Source: an uncultured Nanoarchaeota archaeon
GTDB taxonomy: Archaea > Nanobdellota > Nanobdellia > Pacearchaeales > GW2011-AR1
Length of the DNA: 64,000 nt
Assembly (NCBI GenBank): GCA_963779925.1
Contig: CAVZZS010000011.1
Location: 34,974-98,973 of the forward strand
Direction of reading: 5' to 3'
Shown: positions 44,392 to 54,408 of the stretch, in pieces
How the letters are laid out: each line of letters begins with the position of its first letter
Numbering within the stretch: position 1 is the stretch's first letter
The notes under the pieces: generated by a model
Seen by the model: only the letters and a program-made list of their open reading frames with translations
Told to the model about the DNA's origin: nothing
Databases searched by the model: none
Translations under genes and position numbers: made by a program

Positions 44392-47145
44392 ATGCCAGAC
44401 GAAGAAATAAAAATTAGCCTTAATAAGACAAAAGAGACTTTTCGTAAGGTTTTGAAATTTTTTGAGCAAAAAAAGTTAATAACAATTCTATCATTATCCC
44501 TTCTTTTAATAATTCTAATTATTGGGATTTTTATGAGACTGCAAAATTTGCCCTTGCTTGTAGATCATACAACGGGACAATATGTACCACAACTGGAGTT
44601 AGATGCTTTTTATTGGCTAAGAGAAGCCGCAATAATCTTACAGACAGGCCATCTTCCCCTTGTCGATACCCTTAGAGTTGGTGCAGGAAATATCTCCTTT
44701 TCTCCAGAAATACTCCCTTCTGTTTTAGTTGATGTGTATAAATTTGTTCATTTATTTAATTCATCCATAACATTAAATTTTATTGACGTAATTTATCCCG
44801 TGGCCGCATTTGGCATAGGCCTTATTATTTTCTATTTCTTGGTTTACAAATTAACACGGTCTAAATTAACTGCCGTGATAAGTGCTTTGTTCTTAACCGT
44901 AATACCGACTTATTTTTATAGAACGACTACCGGTTTTGCAGATCACGATGCTTTTGGATTTATGATCTTCTTTTCTATCCTCTTAGTATATACTCTCTCA
45001 CTTATATGGCTCAATAAAAAAGATGAAGAAAGAAAAATTAAGACGAATAAATTATTAATCGGCATATTACTTGGCGCGTTGGTAGGTTTCTTTACCGCTT
45101 TGACTATTGCAAGCTGGGGGGGAATATCGTTGTTTATCCCAATGATTATTCCATTAAGTTTCTTTGCATTTTGGCTAATTAAAATCAAAAGTTTAGAGAC
45201 AGAGAAAAAAGAACTGCCTAAATTTTTATTGTTTTATATCTCTTTTGCGATCTTTAGTCTAATTTTTGCTTTGATGTTTAATTTTCCATTGAGTGATATA
45301 TTAAATAGGATTTTTATAAATCCAACGAGTTTTTTACTGGGCTTTGTTCTTTTATTTAGCCTTTTTGATTTTTTAATCATAAAGTTTATGGATAAAATTC
45401 CAATAAAAAATATAAAGAAACATCATGTTTTATGGGCTATAATCTTTTCCGGGTTAGTCGGATTTATTTTCTTAGCTATTCAGGGGGATTTATCTTCATT
45501 TATTTCTAGCATTTCTACCCAAATTGTAACTCCTTTTGGCACGGATAGACTTACAGTCACCGTTGCAGAAGACAGGCAAACATTCACCACAGATTGGATC
45601 TCACAAGTAGGAAGCATCTTCTTTTGGTTATTTTTTGCGGGATTAATTACTTTTGGGATTAATCTATCAAAGAGTATAAAAGAAAAGAAAAGAAAAATAG
45701 GTTTTGTTTTATTATGGGTTTTATTGGTCTCAGCGCTATTACTCGGTCGATATTCACAGTCTAGTTCTGTTTTGAATGGAGGATTTTTCAGCAAACTACT
45801 TTTATTCGGCAGCATCCTTATATTTTCAATTTATTGCTTTAGGATTTATATTAAGGATCATCTTGAGATACGCCCAGAATTATTAATATTATTTGCCACA
45901 ACAATTATCATGCTTGTGGCTGCAAACACCGCTGCATATGTAATGTCCATTGTAAGTCCTTTCGCTTGCATATTTGTTGGATATCTAGTCTATAATCTTG
46001 GAAGCTATTTCAAAAATGGAAAAGATGACTTGTTAAAAATGATCTTAGGCCTCTTATTAATCGGTGCAATCGTGGCAACTGCATTCAGTTTTGTTGCATT
46101 ATACAATGCTTCCTCATATCAAGCAAAAAATACGGGGATTGGCACTTATGGCGCGCAATGGGATGATGCAATGGCTTGGGTAAGAAATAATACGCCTATT
46201 AACTCTATATTTGTACATTGGTGGGATTATGGATATGACCTTGAATTTTTAGCACAGAGGCCTACACTCTCCGATGGAGGGCATTTCGAAGGGACATTTA
46301 GAGATAATCTAATCGGAAGATATGTCTTAACCGAAACAAATCCGAATCTTGCCCTTAGCTTTATGAAATCAAATAATGTTTCTTATCTTCTAATAGATCC
46401 TACAGATTTAGGAAAATATCCTGCTTACTCTCTTATTGGAAGTGATACCTCCTTAAGCGATAGAGCATCATCCCTTCCAGTAATGGTTTCAGATCCAAGC
46501 CAAACACAGACTGCTAATAATACTACAACAAGAATTTATCAGAATGTTGTCCCAACAGACCAGGATATAGTCTATAATACTTCTCAAGGACCAATCTTTT
46601 TACCTCAGGGGCAAGCATATGTAGTCGGGATTATATTGCAATCAAACACCAATTCATCGACAAATGCAATTTCCTTCTCGCAGCCACAAGAGGTTTTATA
46701 TTACAATAACCAGCAAATAAGAGTTCCTTTGAGATATTTATATTTCAATAATAGATTAGTCGATTTTGGAAGCGGATATGTTGGCGCCACATATGTTCTC
46801 CCAACACTTGGACAAAATGCAGCAGGCAGTATCCAGATAGACAGCTTTGGCTCTGTGATTTATCTTTCTCCAAAAGCCTTTGGAAGCTTATTTGCGCAAC
46901 TCTATTTGATGAATGACCCATTCAATGAATATCCTACAGTAACATTGGCCCATTCTCAGGATGATTCAATGATACAAAGCTTAAAAGCCCAGGGGTTCAC
47001 AGGAGATTTTGTTTATTACAATGGTTTTGATGGTCCAATAAAAATCTGGAAAACAGATTATCCCTCCAATATTCTTTCTAAATCCGAGTTTACTCAAACT
47101 TCGGGAGTATATGGTGGCTTTGATAATTTGACGGTCACGTCTTAA
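44392..47145 (+). CDS. aglB: archaeal oligosaccharyltransferase AglB (STT3)
   Basis: A 917-aa protein with a multi-TM N-domain. The WWDYGYDL (WWDYG) catalytic motif is at about residue 610, followed by a soluble C-domain. Confidence 0.9.
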   Translation: MPDEEIKISLNKTKETFRKVLKFFEQKKLITILSLSLLLIILIIGIFMRLQNLPLLVDHTTGQYVPQLELDAFYWLREAAIILQTGHLPLVDTLRVGAGNISFSPEILPSVLVDVYKFVHLFNSSITLNFIDVIYPVAAFGIGLIIFYFLVYKLTRSKLTAVISALFLTVIPTYFYRTTTGFADHDAFGFMIFFSILLVYTLSLIWLNKKDEERKIKTNKLLIGILLGALVGFFTALTIASWGGISLFIPMIIPLSFFAFWLIKIKSLETEKKELPKFLLFYISFAIFSLIFALMFNFPLSDILNRIFINPTSFLLGFVLLFSLFDFLIIKFMDKIPIKNIKKHHVLWAIIFSGLVGFIFLAIQGDLSSFISSISTQIVTPFGTDRLTVTVAEDRQTFTTDWISQVGSIFFWLFFAGLITFGINLSKSIKEKKRKIGFVLLWVLLVSALLLGRYSQSSSVLNGGFFSKLLLFGSILIFSIYCFRIYIKDHLEIRPELLILFATTIIMLVAANTAAYVMSIVSPFACIFVGYLVYNLGSYFKNGKDDLLKMILGLLLIGAIVATAFSFVALYNASSYQAKNTGIGTYGAQWDDAMAWVRNNTPINSIFVHWWDYGYDLEFLAQRPTLSDGGHFEGTFRDNLIGRYVLTETNPNLALSFMKSNNVSYLLIDPTDLGKYPAYSLIGSDTSLSDRASSLPVMVSDPSQTQTANNTTTRIYQNVVPTDQDIVYNTSQGPIFLPQGQAYVVGIILQSNTNSSTNAISFSQPQEVLYYNNQQIRVPLRYLYFNNRLVDFGSGYVGATYVLPTLGQNAAGSIQIDSFGSVIYLSPKAFGSLFAQLYLMNDPFNEYPTVTLAHSQDDSMIQSLKAQGFTGDFVYYNGFDGPIKIWKTDYPSNILSKSEFTQTSGVYGGFDNLTVTS

Positions 47146-47234
47146 AAGTCAAATCTCAGTATTCAAATTCACAAAGTTTAATTCTATATCTAAATTTAAT
47201 AAAACTTATAAAGGGAATTATATCACATCAATTT

Positions 47235-48323
47235 ATGATAGATGGAAAGAAGGTTGCATTAATTTTTGGTATAAGTGGACAAGATGGAAGCTATCTTGCA
47301 GAATTGCTTCTTGAAAAAGGGTATTATGTAAGAGGAGTTATAAGAAGAGCAAGTTTTCCAAATACAAAAAGAATTGATCATTTAGATAAATATGATACAC
47401 AACTTGGAAAAACAGAACAGTCTCCCTTTTTTCTGCTCTATGGGGATTTATCCGATTCTTCTAGTATAAGAAATGTTTTAGAAAAAATTAATCCAGATGA
47501 AATTTATAATATGGGGGCCCAAAGCCATGTTGGAATAAGTTTTGAGAATCCTGAATCTACACTCAATTATAATGCCTTAGGTCCATTAAGAATCCTAGAA
47601 GCTATAAGAGATATGAATTTAAAATGCAAATATTACCAAGCTTCTTCAAGTGAAATGTTTGGAATTTCGCCTCCTCCCCAAAATGAATGGACTCCGATGA
47701 TTCCACAAAGTCCGTATGGTATTTCTAAATTAGCAGCATATCATTTAACCAGGATGTATAGAAAAGCTTATGGAATTTTTGCTTCAAATGGTATCTTATT
47801 TAATCATGAATCTCCGAGAAGAGGATTGAATTTTGTAACGAGAAAAGTCACTTTAGGTATTGCAAAAATAATTGTTGGAGAAGAAAAAGATCTTTCTCTA
47901 GGAAATCTAGATGCTAAAAGGGACTGGGGATTCTCTAAAGAATATGTTGAAGCTATCTGGAGAATATTGCAACATGATGTGCCCGATGATTTTGTTATAG
48001 CAACGAAAGAAACTCATTCTGTGAGAGAATTTGTCGAAGAAGCTTTTAGATTACTTGGATTAAATTGGGAAGATTTCGTTAAAGTAAGTGACAATTACAA
48101 AAGACCAGCAGAGGTTCCAGCATTGCTTGGCGATTCTTCAAAGGCAAAAAATATACTAAACTGGGAGCCAAAAGTAAAATTCAAGGAATTAGTAAAAATG
48201 ATGATTGCTTCAGATTTAAAAGAAAAGATGAAAGAGAAAGGAATTGTTCCTATGAATGAAGAACAGCCAGATGATTTCTATATTGAAAAGGGAAGAGAGT
48301 TAGCAAGGGGATTAATCAAGTAA
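47235..48323 (+). CDS. gmd: GDP-mannose 4,6-dehydratase
   Basis: Extended SDR. GISGQDGSYLAELLLEKGY at the N-terminus, YGISKLAAY catalytic YxxxK, and a GMD-specific C-terminal pattern. Confidence 0.85.
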   Translation: MIDGKKVALIFGISGQDGSYLAELLLEKGYYVRGVIRRASFPNTKRIDHLDKYDTQLGKTEQSPFFLLYGDLSDSSSIRNVLEKINPDEIYNMGAQSHVGISFENPESTLNYNALGPLRILEAIRDMNLKCKYYQASSSEMFGISPPPQNEWTPMIPQSPYGISKLAAYHLTRMYRKAYGIFASNGILFNHESPRRGLNFVTRKVTLGIAKIIVGEEKDLSLGNLDAKRDWGFSKEYVEAIWRILQHDVPDDFVIATKETHSVREFVEEAFRLLGLNWEDFVKVSDNYKRPAEVPALLGDSSKAKNILNWEPKVKFKELVKMMIASDLKEKMKEKGIVPMNEEQPDDFYIEKGRELARGLIK

Positions 48324-48324
48324 T

Positions 48325-49806
48325 ATGAAAATAAATTGGAATGAACCCAAATTCGGAGAAGAAGAAATTAAAGAAGTTAATGAGGTAATTAATTCATCTT
48401 ATGTAAATGAAGGTCCAAAAACAAAGCAATTAGAAGAAGAGATAAAAAAATTTCTTGGAGTTAAGTATGTTGTTTTGACAACAAATGCTACAGCGGCCTT
48501 ATTTTTAGCGATTAAAGCTGATGCTATTATAAAAAATAAACAAGACTTTGAAGTTATTGTTCCAGATTTAACAATGATTGCTACAGCAACAGCAGTAGAA
48601 TGGGCTGGAGGTAAGCCTGTTATAGTTGATGTTGAAAAAGATAGAGTGACTATCGATGTCAACAAAATAGAAAATAAAATTAATAACAAAACAATTGCAA
48701 TAATTCCAGTCCATATATTAGGAAGAGCAGCCGATATGGAACGATTAAAGGAACTCGCATCTAAATATAATCTATCTATAATAGAAGATGCTGCAGGAGC
48801 ATTAGGATCTAAAGACAAATATGGAATAAATCTAGGAACAATTGGGAAAGTAGGTGTTTTCTCCCTACAATCTAATAAGATAATTACAAGCGGTCAGGGG
48901 GGAATAATTGTGACTAATGATGAAAAATATTATGAAATTATCAGAAGACTTAGAGATTTCGGCAGATTCAGCAATAAAGAGTTTGTTCATGAAAAAGTAG
49001 GATATAATCTGAAATTTAATGACTTATCTGCAGCATTAGCTCTCGCACAGTTCAGAAAAATAGAGGATAAAAAGAAAATGCTTATGAATCAAAAAGAATT
49101 ATATCAAAACAAACTTAGGGGTATCGAGGGCATAAAATTTCTAAATTACCTTCCTAATGAGATTCCACTTTGGGTAGAAGTAATTACAGACAATAGGGAT
49201 AATCTTGTAGCATATCTTAGTAAAAATGATATTTATCCAAGGGAATGCTGGCCTGCAATACACTCAAATCCTCCTTACAAAAACCAAGGGAATGATATAG
49301 ACTTCCCAAATTCATCTTCTTTATCTAAAGATATACTTTGGCTTCCAAATGGTCCCGCAATAACTTCAGAACAAATATCTTTTATTTGTGATAAAATTTT
49401 GGAATTTTATAATAAATCTAGTTTAGATTTAAAAAAAGTACACGAGGATGATAGAGGATACATCTATCTAGTAAGAAATTTATTAGAAAATAACAAAGAG
49501 TTTACATTTTTAGAAACAAAAAAAGGATTTGCAAGGGGCGGATGCCTTCATCCTAAAGACGAATATGTTGTTGTTTTAAAAGGAAAAATAAAACTTATCT
49601 TGGGGAATGAAGAAAAAGAATTAGTTACAGGACAATCAATGAAAATCCCCGCAAATAAAACCCATGCTTGGGTTGCTCTAGAAGACTCCATTCTCTCAGA
49701 ATGGGGAGTAACTGAAGAAGAAAAGAAAGAAAGAGATTTAGAGCTGAGAAAAATTATAGATAGAATTAACGAAGAGAATAAAAAGTCCAGTAAAATTAAC
49801 ATTTAA
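48325..49806 (+). CDS. DegT/DnrJ/EryC1-type sugar aminotransferase fused to a C-terminal cupin (FdtA/WxcM-like 3,4-ketoisomerase-like) domain
   Basis: Residues 1-370 are a PLP aminotransferase fold with the active Lys region (SLQSNKIITSGQGG). Residues about 375-490 are a cupin (ARGGCLHPKDEYVVVLKGKIKL...IPANKTHAWVALEDS). Confidence 0.65.
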   Translation: MKINWNEPKFGEEEIKEVNEVINSSYVNEGPKTKQLEEEIKKFLGVKYVVLTTNATAALFLAIKADAIIKNKQDFEVIVPDLTMIATATAVEWAGGKPVIVDVEKDRVTIDVNKIENKINNKTIAIIPVHILGRAADMERLKELASKYNLSIIEDAAGALGSKDKYGINLGTIGKVGVFSLQSNKIITSGQGGIIVTNDEKYYEIIRRLRDFGRFSNKEFVHEKVGYNLKFNDLSAALALAQFRKIEDKKKMLMNQKELYQNKLRGIEGIKFLNYLPNEIPLWVEVITDNRDNLVAYLSKNDIYPRECWPAIHSNPPYKNQGNDIDFPNSSSLSKDILWLPNGPAITSEQISFICDKILEFYNKSSLDLKKVHEDDRGYIYLVRNLLENNKEFTFLETKKGFARGGCLHPKDEYVVVLKGKIKLILGNEEKELVTGQSMKIPANKTHAWVALEDSILSEWGVTEEEKKERDLELRKIIDRINEENKKSSKINI

Positions 49807-49830
49807 AATAACTTTCTAACTATCTTAAGA

Positions 49831-50922
49831 ATGGATCGCATAAAAGTTTACTTACAAAGTCCATGGAGATTTTCTGATTCTCCATATTACCTCTATTTAA
49901 GACAAAATCCGCCAGATAATGTAGAATATGTTAATGCTGATGAATTTCGACTTATCCAGTCTTCAAAAAGGATGAAATTTAATAATTGGTTAAAGAAGAT
50001 AATTAAAAAAGTAATAAGAAATTTCTTGCCAAATTTACCTAATGCACATTACTCTAAAAATCCTGAAGCATATGATCTAATTCATTGTGCGCATTGCCTA
50101 AGCCTGAATAATAAACCATGGATTTGCGATGTGGAATATATAGGGCAGTTATGGGCAAAGGGAAGGATAGGCAAAAAAAATAAGATTAGGACGCTTTTGC
50201 TGAATAAAAATTGCAAAAGAATACTCGCATGGACTAAATGGTCTGAAAATGATATTCTAAAAGAGTTTCCGGAGATCAGAAATAAAACTGAAATTGTATA
50301 TCCGGGAATTCCCATTCAAACGTTCGTTAGAAAAAGTTCGAACGGAATTACCCTTCTCTTCTCTTCAAGGAGATTTATTTTCAAAGGAGGTTTGCATGCT
50401 CTAGAAGTAATTGATAGATTAACAAAAAAATATGAAAATGTTTATGGGACAATTGTATCAGATGTTCCAGAGGAGATCAAAAACCATTATTTATCCAATA
50501 AGAAAATAGATTTCGTGGGATTTGTTTCTCAAGAAAGATTGTTCAAGGAGATTTATCCAAAATCAGACATTTTTGTTTATCCTTCTTATACCGACACTTT
50601 TGGATTCGGATTAACTGAGGCTTTAAGTTTTGGGCTTCCAACAGTTACAGTCGGGGGTCATTCCAGAAAAGAGATTATTACAGATAAAACGGGATTTGTT
50701 ATTGATGAACCAGAAAATTTTAATGTTTCACATCTTAATAATTTGGAAGACTATTCAGATATAATTAAACAAATTGAAGAGAAAACCGAGATGCTTATAA
50801 ATGATAAAAAATTAAGGGATATTATGTCCAAAAATTGTCTGAGTGAAATAGAAAGAGGCAAGTTTTCTATAATGAAAAGAAATGAAAAATTAAAAAAAAT
50901 TTATGAAGAGGCACTAAAATGA
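49831..50922 (+). CDS. glycosyltransferase, GT-B fold (GT4-like)
   Basis: C-terminal sugar-donor domain with FGFGLTEALSFGLPTV (EX7E-like). Confidence 0.65.
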   Translation: MDRIKVYLQSPWRFSDSPYYLYLRQNPPDNVEYVNADEFRLIQSSKRMKFNNWLKKIIKKVIRNFLPNLPNAHYSKNPEAYDLIHCAHCLSLNNKPWICDVEYIGQLWAKGRIGKKNKIRTLLLNKNCKRILAWTKWSENDILKEFPEIRNKTEIVYPGIPIQTFVRKSSNGITLLFSSRRFIFKGGLHALEVIDRLTKKYENVYGTIVSDVPEEIKNHYLSNKKIDFVGFVSQERLFKEIYPKSDIFVYPSYTDTFGFGLTEALSFGLPTVTVGGHSRKEIITDKTGFVIDEPENFNVSHLNNLEDYSDIIKQIEEKTEMLINDKKLRDIMSKNCLSEIERGKFSIMKRNEKLKKIYEEALK

Positions 50923-51806
50923 TAATAGTAGAAATTGGAAGAGGACTTGGAAATTCAATGTATGTTTATGCTGCAGCACTAGCATTGGCCAAGCATAAAA
51001 ATACGGAACTAAAGTTAGATACTACTTATTTAAAATCCTGGCCAACATGGGAGAAATATGGCGGACTGTGGGAGTTCGAATTAGGAAAGCTTAATATCTC
51101 TTCACCAGAAGCATCAAAAAGAGAAATAAGAAGATTCGTCATTAAAACAGGATTTAGACCAATTGATAAAATTATAAGAAAATATAAACTGTTTGACCGA
51201 AAAGTCATTTACTTTCCAAGTCATGGTTCTTTAGAAGATTTTTTTAATATTCCTGATAATTCCTACCTCAGAGGCTATTTAGGACGAGAAAAGTTCTTTA
51301 GAGAAATAAAAGATCAAATAAAAAAAGAATTTACATTAAAAGAAGAATATAAGACCCCAATATTGCCGTTATTAGAAAAAATCTCAAAAGAAAATTCTGT
51401 TAGCATTCATGTGAGAAGGGGCGATTTATTAACCCTGAAAAATGCGAAAGTTATAGGGGTTGAGTACTATAAAAAGGCCATAGAATTAATTAAAAAGAAA
51501 GTAAAAAATCCGGTCTTTTATGTTTTTTCTGATGAGATCGACTGGTGCAAAGAAAATTTCAAAGAGATAAATGCTAAATTGAATTTTATTGAAGATGCTG
51601 AATGCCCAAATACAGGATATCATGTGCTTGAAGTTATGAAATCTTGCAAATATAATATCCTTGCAAATAGTGCTTTAAGCTGGTGGGCCGGTTATTTGAA
51701 TTCCAATCCCAAGAAGATAGTTGTTGTACCAAAGCAATTTACGCAGTTTACGAATGTAGATGTAGAAGATAATGTTATCCCTGAAGGTTGGATAAAAATA
51801 GAATAA
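50919..51806 (+). CDS. GT11-family alpha-1,2-fucosyltransferase-like glycosyltransferase
   Basis: HVRRGD motif and a C-terminal ANSALSWWAGYL (SxxSWW) motif characteristic of GT11. Confidence 0.65.
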   Translation: MIIVEIGRGLGNSMYVYAAALALAKHKNTELKLDTTYLKSWPTWEKYGGLWEFELGKLNISSPEASKREIRRFVIKTGFRPIDKIIRKYKLFDRKVIYFPSHGSLEDFFNIPDNSYLRGYLGREKFFREIKDQIKKEFTLKEEYKTPILPLLEKISKENSVSIHVRRGDLLTLKNAKVIGVEYYKKAIELIKKKVKNPVFYVFSDEIDWCKENFKEINAKLNFIEDAECPNTGYHVLEVMKSCKYNILANSALSWWAGYLNSNPKKIVVVPKQFTQFTNVDVEDNVIPEGWIKIE

Positions 51807-52525
51807 TGGATGATAAACTTTCTTTTGTTGAAGTAAGAAATTTAGGGGAATTCTTAAGAGATAAAATAACCAATAAAAAAAGATTTGTATTCAATTTCAT
51901 AAATTCCCATGATTTATACTTTTTTGCCAAAAATTTAAACTTTAGGGATACTTTTAATGAAAGTTCTATTAATTTTATAGATGGGTTTATTATTTCTTTA
52001 TTCCTATCCTTAAGAAGTTTGAGAAAAATTAAAAGATTTACAGGCCCGGATTTTACAAAACAGATTTTTGAAAAAGAACTCATTTCAAGTAATGCAAAAC
52101 AGCTGTTTATTGGATTAGAAAATGAAGATTTAGTCAAGATTTTAGCAAAGTATCCTTATCTAAAAAAAGAAAACCTATTTTGCTATAATCCCCCGTATAT
52201 AAGCGGTTTTGAATTTCCAGATAATGAAATAAATAAAATAGCCAAACTGGTTAATTCCAAAAAAATAGATTATACCTGGGTAGGATTAGGATGCCCTAAA
52301 CAGAATTTTTTGACAGAAAAATTGTTTAAAAAAACAAGAATAAAATTTTTCTTAAATGTAGGCGCCGGCCTTGATTTTTTGTTGGAAAAAAAGAAGAGAG
52401 CACCTAAGATTTTTACTAGCTTAGGATTAGAATGGTTCTATAGATTACTAACCGATTTCAGTCATTCTAAAAAGAAAGTTCTAAGAAGTTTAATGGCAAT
52501 AATCTATCTTAGGTATATAAAATGA
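51788..52525 (+). CDS. WecB/TagA/CpsF-family glycosyltransferase (GT26)
   Basis: The VGLGCPKQ motif. An alternative ATG at 51806 overlaps the previous stop by 1 nt. Confidence 0.7.
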   Translation: MDKNRIMDDKLSFVEVRNLGEFLRDKITNKKRFVFNFINSHDLYFFAKNLNFRDTFNESSINFIDGFIISLFLSLRSLRKIKRFTGPDFTKQIFEKELISSNAKQLFIGLENEDLVKILAKYPYLKKENLFCYNPPYISGFEFPDNEINKIAKLVNSKKIDYTWVGLGCPKQNFLTEKLFKKTRIKFFLNVGAGLDFLLEKKKRAPKIFTSLGLEWFYRLLTDFSHSKKKVLRSLMAIIYLRYIK

Positions 52526-53601
52526 AAAAGAAAATTCTGTTTTTAGGGAGATTTCCTCCACCAACACACGGGGCATCAATAATGAATGACCTATACTTCA
52601 ATGGCAAAGAAATGAATGAAACTTTTGATCTAAAAAAGATAAAAATAAACTATTTTGATAATCTCGAACAAATGGGTTCAATTAGTCTTAGAAAATTCTG
52701 GGGCGTGTTTGTAGTTTTTTTTAAGTTATTAAGAGAGCTTATACTATTCAAGCCCGATTTAGTTTATTTTGAAATTCCTGTCAGAGGCTTGGCCTTTATC
52801 CGTGATAGTTTATTTGTTTTAGAATGCAAGATATTCAGAAGAAAAATCATCTTCCAAACTCATACTAAAAGATTAAAATTCTCCAAATATGCGAAGTTTA
52901 TTTTCGGAAATAGCAAGATGATCATTTTATCTCCATTGTTATATCCCGAAGTTTCTGCAATTTTTAATAAAAATCAAGTTTATTTTGTGCCTAATGGAAT
53001 AAAAGATGAAATTAATGACCAAGAATTTAATAAAACAATAAAGAAGAGGGCAAAAAATAGAGAACTTACTCTTCTATTTCTGTCAAATATGTACGAGACT
53101 AAAGGCCCATTAGAAGTTCTAAAAATATGCAATTCTCTGAAAGATCATATTAAATTTAAATGTTTTTTTGTAGGAAATTTTCCAAATAGGGAGATAGAGA
53201 AAAAATGGCTTTCCTTAAGAAAAGAATATCATCTTGAAAAAGAATGTGTTTATCTCGGCCCGAAATATGGAAAAGATAAAAATGAAATATTAGGTAATAC
53301 AAAATTTCTAATTTTTCCAACACAATATGAAAATGAATCTTTCCCTGTTGTTATTTTAGAATCGTTCATGTTTGGTATCCCGGTTTTATCATATAATACT
53401 GGTGCAATAAAAGAAATGGTTTCCAAAGATTATCTTGGTCATGTGTCTAATCAAGGAGATTGGAATAATTTGGCTGAAGTTTTAAAAAAGAAGATAAAGA
53501 AAAAAATAGAATATAAAAAAGTCAGAGAATATTTTAAAAAAAATTATCAATTTGAAGTTTCAGAAAAAAAGTTAATTGATATTTTTAATAAAGAAATATG
53601 A
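52522..53601 (+). CDS. glycosyltransferase group 1 (GT4)
   Basis: FPTQYENESFPVVILESFMFGIPVL (EX7E). Confidence 0.7.
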   Translation: MKKKILFLGRFPPPTHGASIMNDLYFNGKEMNETFDLKKIKINYFDNLEQMGSISLRKFWGVFVVFFKLLRELILFKPDLVYFEIPVRGLAFIRDSLFVLECKIFRRKIIFQTHTKRLKFSKYAKFIFGNSKMIILSPLLYPEVSAIFNKNQVYFVPNGIKDEINDQEFNKTIKKRAKNRELTLLFLSNMYETKGPLEVLKICNSLKDHIKFKCFFVGNFPNREIEKKWLSLRKEYHLEKECVYLGPKYGKDKNEILGNTKFLIFPTQYENESFPVVILESFMFGIPVLSYNTGAIKEMVSKDYLGHVSNQGDWNNLAEVLKKKIKKKIEYKKVREYFKKNYQFEVSEKKLIDIFNKEI

Positions 53602-54401
53602 AAATGGAAGATTTTAACGATTATCTATCTGGAAACAAGCTATATGGAGACGATTTTAATAAAAAGCAAATTGAAGAATGGTTCAGAGATGAAAAAGAAG
53701 GCTATTCAGGGCTAATCTCCAAATCCCCCTATATTTATGAATTCCATGAATTAAATAAAATTTATGGATACAATAAACTAAATAGGATAAAAGAATTTGA
53801 TAAGGTTCTTAGTTTTGGCGGTGCAACCGGAGATGAACTTCTTCCGATAATTGATAAAATAAAAGAGGTAATCATCCTTGAACCATCACAGAAATTGAGG
53901 GTTGAAAAAGTCGGCAATAAAAAAATAGAATATATTTCACCAAGTGCATCTGGTAAAATCAATCTTCCCAAGGAGAGTATTGACTTAATAACTTGCTTTG
54001 CAGTATTGCATCATATACCCAATGTTAGTTTCGTATTAAAAGAATTAACAAGTGTGCTCAAGAAAGGAGGATTTATGCTCATAAGAGAACCAATTGTTTC
54101 TATGGGAGACTGGAGAAAGGAAAGGAGAGGGTTAACATTGAGGGAAAGGGGAATCCCTTTGAAAATTTTTAATAGAATAATAGAAGAGAATAATTTAAAG
54201 ATATTATCTGAAAAAAAGGTTTTGTTTCCCAGCACTAGGCGAATATGGGATATCAATGACAGATTCAAAAGATCCAAATCCGTCATTTATTTCGATAAAT
54301 TATTAAGCAAAATGTTTTCATGGAATAATCTATATCATTCTACAAAGCCTTGGCACAAGTTAAGGCCGCAATCTGTATTCTATGTTCTAAAAAAGAATTA
54401 G
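53598..54401 (+). CDS. class I SAM-dependent methyltransferase
   Basis: VLSFGGATGDEL (motif I) and DLITCFAVLHHIPN (motif II/III). Confidence 0.65.
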   Translation: MKMEDFNDYLSGNKLYGDDFNKKQIEEWFRDEKEGYSGLISKSPYIYEFHELNKIYGYNKLNRIKEFDKVLSFGGATGDELLPIIDKIKEVIILEPSQKLRVEKVGNKKIEYISPSASGKINLPKESIDLITCFAVLHHIPNVSFVLKELTSVLKKGGFMLIREPIVSMGDWRKERRGLTLRERGIPLKIFNRIIEENNLKILSEKKVLFPSTRRIWDINDRFKRSKSVIYFDKLLSKMFSWNNLYHSTKPWHKLRPQSVFYVLKKN

Positions 54402-54408
54402 CGAAAAT

